From Azolla caroliniana (Eukaryota; Plantae; Polypodiophyta), in contig JBHGNT010000010.1 of the NCBI GenBank assembly GCA_043228905.1, forward strand, positions 19,344,001 through 19,408,000: DNA of 64,000 nt. The letters run 5' to 3'. Below, piece after piece: positions 58,935 through 64,000 of this stretch. The notes under the pieces were generated by a model. The model saw only the letters and a list, made by a program, of their open reading frames with translations. It did not search any database and was not told where the DNA came from. The first letter of the stretch is position 1; each line of letters opens with the position of its first letter. The translations under genes and the position numbers were made by a program.

Positions 58935-61679
58935 ATGCCCACACAATGCAGTAATATCGCCCACGATTTTCTCTCCCTTCTGCGTGATGGATGCAAATCT
59001 CAGGATTTGGCTCAAGCCAAATGTATATATGAACGTATACGTGTCTGCGGCCTTGAAACGGACAGAGTTCTTGGGAACCGTATTGTTCAGTTATTCGTTG
59101 CTTGTGGAAGCTTAACCGATGCACACCTCGTATTTAACAAGCTAATATATAGAAATGTACTCTCGTGGACTTCCCTCATCTCAGGATACATCGAACATGA
59201 GCAGTTCCATCAGGCATTTAATCTTTATCATAAGATGTATGAAGATCATGTACTTCCAAGTAGTTATACATTTGTGGCCTTGTTGAAAGGCTGCATAAAG
59301 ACTAGGAATTTAGTGAAAGGAAGACAATTCCATGTCGAAGCTGTGTGGAACGGATTTGAAAATGACAATTTTGTTGCCACTACCCTTGTTGATATGTATG
59401 GCAAATTTGGTTTGCTTCCACAAGCACAAGAAGCATTTGATAAGGTTATGGTTCGAGATAGTGTTATATGGAATGCCATCATTGGAGGGTATACAGAACA
59501 TGGAAGTGCCCACGATGCATTGTGTTGTTATGAGAAGATGCAACGTGAGAGCATATGCTCAACTCATGTGACATTCCTTAATGTTCTAAAAGCTTGCAGC
59601 ATGCTTGGAGATGTAGAAAAGGGACATGATATTCATTCTCAAGTGGTTATGAGAGCGCTTGAAAGTGATCTCTTCGTTAATAGTAGCTTGATTGATATGT
59701 ATGTGAAATTTGCATCTATGAAAGATGCAGAGAAGGTGTTCAATAGTTTGAGATTGCGAAATACTGTATCGTGGAATTCATTACTAGCAGGATATGCAGA
59801 CCAGGGGAATATTGAAGAAGTGCTTAAATGCTTTGAGAAGATGGAGCAAGAAGGTATCTCCCAAGATGCCCTCACATTTATATATGGTTTGAAAGTTTGT
59901 GGGAACATAGAAAGTTTATGCAAGGGCCAAGAAATGCACACTAAAATAACATACAAAGGATTTGAGAATGATGAGGTTTTGGATAGTATGTTATTGTACA
60001 TGTATGGTAAATGTGCCGCAGTTGCAGAGGCACATGAAGTTTTTGGCAAACTTCAATCTCGGGACATAGTGTCATGGACTATTTTGATTTCAGGATATGG
60101 TTTACATGGTTATAATGATAAAGCACTTGAAATGTTTGATGAAATGATAGTAGACAATGTTCCTCCAAATTCTGTCACATATGCAAGCGTCCTAAAATCT
60201 TGCAGCACCTTGAAAACCTTGCCAAAAGGCCGAAAATTACACATGGAGATTGCAGAAGAGGGTTATGATTCAGATTTTTCAGTAGCTAGTGCTCTAGTGG
60301 ATATGTATGCTAAACTTGGGTTGATGTCAGAGGCACAAGATATATTTGATTCATTGCCAAATCGAGATCTAGTCTTGTGGAACACACTACTTTCAGGATA
60401 TGCCGAGTTTGGGCCGGATAACAAAGTGTTACATTGTTTTACACAGATTCAGTTAGATGGTTTATTTCCTGATGTTATCACATTGGCATGTATAGTGAGA
60501 GCTTGTGGCAATTTGAAGTCGATTATTATTGGACAAAAGATACATATCCAGATCTTATTGGCAGGATATGAGAATGATATGTTTATTGCTAGTATGTTGG
60601 TTGACATGTATGCCAAATGCGAGTATCTTCTAGATGCATGTATGGTTTTTGATAAGTCTAAACATGATGGCATCTCATGGAATGCACTAATTACTGGACT
60701 CTTAGATTGTGGATATATCTCACATGTAGGAAACTGTATAGAAAAAATGTATTTAGAAAATATACCTGTGGACTGTGGCATATATGCTGCTGTCTTAAAA
60801 GCATGTAGTAGCATTTATGCTCTCGATGAAGGTCAAAAAATACATACTGAAATCCTTCTGAAAGGATATGAAAAAGATCTTTTTGTCGGAAGCAGTTTGG
60901 TCGACTTATATGCAAAATGTGGTGCAGCCCATGAAACATGGATTATCTTCAAGGGTCTCTCTGCACGGGATGATGTGTTATGGAATGTTCTACTTTCTGG
61001 ATATGTTGATAATGGATTTAGTCAAGAAGCACTAATGTGTTTACACATAATGCAGCAGGAGAATCAAGCTCCAAGTGCTTCAACCTTAGTTTCCATCTTG
61101 AAAGCATGTGGAGGCTCAGGAGCTGTAGATAGACTACATGAAACACACATGGAAATCATTGAGAAGGGATTTGAGAGAGAGATCCTAGTCAGCAACACGC
61201 TTGTAGATACATATGGCAAATGTGGCAGCATCAAAGAAGCACAAAATATTTTCAATGCTCTATCTGCAAGGGACATTGCATCTTGGAATGCAATGATAAA
61301 AGGGTTTGGAATAAACCACGATGGATATATGGCTGTCCAATGTTTCAAATGTATGCTGAAATCAGGTCTAAAACCTGATGCAACCACATTCACATGTCTT
61401 CTTACTGCTTGCAGCCGTGCAAGCCTTTTGTTTGAGGGTCAAGACCTTTTCCAAATGATGAGTAAAGATTTTGACGTTGTATCAACAATAGATCACTTCG
61501 TTTGCATGGTCGATCTTTTAGCACGATCAGGATGTTTATATGAAGCTGAGAAATTGATTGAAACTCTTCCACATTGTCCATCGAATAATTCATGGATAAC
61601 ATTACTGAGTGCATCGAAAACTTACGATGAACCAGAACTAGGCTCGAGGTGCTTTTTGCAGCTTGTGAATGTACAATAG
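58935..61679 (+). CDS. PLS-class pentatricopeptide repeat protein (about 914 aa from the first ATG), ending in the E region with no DYW domain
   Basis: Single-exon ORF; the listed start at 58899 is TTG and the first ATG is at 58935. Repeated PLS triplets, then TFTCLLTACS, HFVCMVDLLARSG and WITLLSASKTY..ELGSRCF, then a stop. Confidence 0.96.
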   Translation: MPTQCSNIAHDFLSLLRDGCKSQDLAQAKCIYERIRVCGLETDRVLGNRIVQLFVACGSLTDAHLVFNKLIYRNVLSWTSLISGYIEHEQFHQAFNLYHKMYEDHVLPSSYTFVALLKGCIKTRNLVKGRQFHVEAVWNGFENDNFVATTLVDMYGKFGLLPQAQEAFDKVMVRDSVIWNAIIGGYTEHGSAHDALCCYEKMQRESICSTHVTFLNVLKACSMLGDVEKGHDIHSQVVMRALESDLFVNSSLIDMYVKFASMKDAEKVFNSLRLRNTVSWNSLLAGYADQGNIEEVLKCFEKMEQEGISQDALTFIYGLKVCGNIESLCKGQEMHTKITYKGFENDEVLDSMLLYMYGKCAAVAEAHEVFGKLQSRDIVSWTILISGYGLHGYNDKALEMFDEMIVDNVPPNSVTYASVLKSCSTLKTLPKGRKLHMEIAEEGYDSDFSVASALVDMYAKLGLMSEAQDIFDSLPNRDLVLWNTLLSGYAEFGPDNKVLHCFTQIQLDGLFPDVITLACIVRACGNLKSIIIGQKIHIQILLAGYENDMFIASMLVDMYAKCEYLLDACMVFDKSKHDGISWNALITGLLDCGYISHVGNCIEKMYLENIPVDCGIYAAVLKACSSIYALDEGQKIHTEILLKGYEKDLFVGSSLVDLYAKCGAAHETWIIFKGLSARDDVLWNVLLSGYVDNGFSQEALMCLHIMQQENQAPSASTLVSILKACGGSGAVDRLHETHMEIIEKGFEREILVSNTLVDTYGKCGSIKEAQNIFNALSARDIASWNAMIKGFGINHDGYMAVQCFKCMLKSGLKPDATTFTCLLTACSRASLLFEGQDLFQMMSKDFDVVSTIDHFVCMVDLLARSGCLYEAEKLIETLPHCPSNNSWITLLSASKTYDEPELGSRCFLQLVNVQ

Positions 61680-63515
61680 ATCATTGTAAATTTGTGAAAC
61701 CATTTTGTCTTTGTTGAAACTTGCAAAACTTGCATTATTGGAGTATGCTTATAGCAAAAAATGTTCAAGATGTGAAATTGAATGTGGAGATCCAAGTAGC
61801 GGGAATTAGGAAATAAGTAAACTCCGTTGTTCTCAATTGCACCAAACATTTAACGAAAAGAAATGATTGGCAGTTGACAAGCTATTCCCTTGGCTCATGC
61901 AGAAAGAGTGTCTCCACAAGCTCCTCAAGGAAAAACGTGTTCTTCTCGAGGAGAACCTTATCGAGCACGTATTCCATGTTGAGTCATCATTAATGATCAG
62001 TGTCTTTTTTGCCATACAAGCTTGTATGTTTGAATCCCAAAAACTACAAACCCCAACAATGAGCTCTCTTGCTTTTCAGATGTTGAATAGAAATAGTATT
62101 TCATCTTTTAATATGCACTTGTCCTAATATTTTGCATGTGTGCTTGATCTTGGCAAAATATATATTGATGTATTCTGTGGCTCAGCATTATAGCTCAACT
62201 TTTCCCCTCCATTGCCTTTAGCAAACATTGAGCCCTTAACCTTGTTCCAATGGGAAGGCAATACCATTTGAGTTATGCTTTGTTATTATTTCAATTATCT
62301 TGTAGTCACATTTTCTTCCAATGATCACTTTGACCCGAATCCAACCCATTGCAAAACTTGACTTTTTTGTGCTTTTCTCCCTTTGCACATGCCACGTCCT
62401 AATAATGGATTCAACCCAACATTGGCATTACACACATCATACATACTAGCCCCTTGCTACAAGGTGCAATCATCAGATACAAACCCTATATGGCACAAAT
62501 GTACACCAAGGATTATAGTCTCATTATAGTGATCACCCTCTTTTTGAAATTAGGGTTTTCATTCCTATTTATAGAACTTCTTAAACTCCCCCGATCAAGA
62601 GTGCATTCATAGACTAAACGGTCCAACATTTTATTTTGTCCTTGTTCAGATTTAGATGCGCCTATCTGGATGTTGAGGGATGTACTTGTTCTTATCACCA
62701 TCACCATCACCATCCACATGTTAGCTTTATTTACTTAAATCCTTGTTAACCTTCTCTATGTTGATTTGTGCTAGGATTTGTAGTGATTGTATCATTTTAT
62801 GTTCTTCTATCGATGAGTCAAGATGATGATGATCTGCAAAATTCGTATATGTTGAGCATCATGTAAATGGTGAGAACGAGTGGTGTGATATTTTTCAAAT
62901 CATGCGCCTACATTGTTTTTTCATTTTTTCCCTTTCCTTGTAAGAATTTCAAAGTATATGTTTTACATCTTTATTTTTCCATTTGCTAGTTTTTGCTAAT
63001 AGAAATCCATCAAAAATATATGCTCTTAATGATTTGAAAGAACTTATAAATGGTAAAACACCAAAGTTGTTGCCCACATATTCAATTATGATCTAATATG
63101 CACAATGACTCATTGTACACATAGAAGAAAACCATTTGTTCATTATGGACAATTAATGGTCGTACTGCAAAATATTGAACGCATGGCCCTATGGTCTACA
63201 CAGAAAATTGAGATATAGATGGGTATCAAAACATTTTTTTCTCTATCACACACACACATACATATATGTAAACACATCATTGATCACATTGGATTGCATT
63301 AGCTTTGTATGTATTGCAATGAATTCTCGATCGATCGATCGTTGGAATCCAGGAAACTGCGTCTTCTTCATCCCTCATCTCCTCGTCTTCTATTGGGTGA
63401 TTAGTAATGATATAGATCCCGGCGTAGAATTGCAATCGCAGACAATGAATCAGAAATTTGTACAGTCTTTGTTCAATTTCTTCAAACAACAACAGCGCGT
63501 CACTATAGTGTAAAC

Positions 63516-64000
63516 ATGGAGGAACTAGTACTTACATGTTCTGGAACTATACCTCCGGCAGATAGCTTCATCTCAGAAATACAAAGATGCAGAAAATCAA
63601 AAGATCTAACACATGCCAAACATCTTTACATGTCTACCTGTGAGGTGGGTTTGGAAACTAATCATAATATTGGCAACTCTTTAGTTGTAATGTTTGTGGA
63701 GTGTAAGCATTTACCTCTAGCTCAACATCTTTTCAACAAATTAGACCAGAGGAATGAACTTTCATGGACATATCTCATACAGGGGTACCATGACTGTGAT
63801 AAATCTCAACATGCCATTGGCATCTTTGATTGTATGCAAGATGATGGTGTTCTTCCTAGCAAGTATACTTTTGTGGTTCTTCTCAAAGCTTGCACTAGCT
63901 TGAGATGGGTTGAAAAAGGTCAGAGATTACATAAGAAAATATCTCAAGGGAGATATGAATGTGATACTTTCATTGGAAGTGCTCTTGTGGATATGTATGC
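63516..64000 (+). CDS. PLS-class PPR protein, 5' part (runs off the window)
   Basis: Manual translation gives MEELVLTCSG...IGNSLVVMFVEC..LAQHLFNKL..RNELSWTYLIQGY...PSKYTFVVLLKAC...DTFIGSALVDMY, open to the window end, with an in-frame stop upstream at 63408. Confidence 0.92.
   Translation, partial: MEELVLTCSGTIPPADSFISEIQRCRKSKDLTHAKHLYMSTCEVGLETNHNIGNSLVVMFVECKHLPLAQHLFNKLDQRNELSWTYLIQGYHDCDKSQHAIGIFDCMQDDGVLPSKYTFVVLLKACTSLRWVEKGQRLHKKISQGRYECDTFIGSALVDMY

Noticed and set aside
61833-62127. Short ORFs downstream of PPR2
   Set aside because: No recognisable motif on either strand; they cannot be supported as a gene or as a DYW remnant.

Overview
AT-rich nuclear DNA from a land plant; the PPR motif style suggests a fern (inference). 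The window holds three spliced genes reconstructed by hand: a 4-exon organellar RAD52-like gene (-), a 19-exon mitochondrial NAD-malic enzyme (+) and a MAP65-3/PLEIADE-like gene (-). It also holds three intronless PLS-class PPR genes on the + strand, the last cut off by the window end. The intergenic space is mostly decayed and nested transposons: Ty3/Gypsy, Ty1/Copia and L1-like LINE fragments, a probable solo LTR, and a Mutator-like foldback element, plus many short tandem duplications and microsatellites. I cannot demonstrate a new biological system from sequence alone. The best leads are: two PPRs that both stop at the same point in the E region without a DYW domain; a MAP65 uORF in frame with the main ORF behind tandem stops, above an intron filled with donor-like repeats; a possible poison exon in RAD52; and a near-perfect 77-nt hairpin. 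Exon coordinates were counted by eye and may be off by a few bases.
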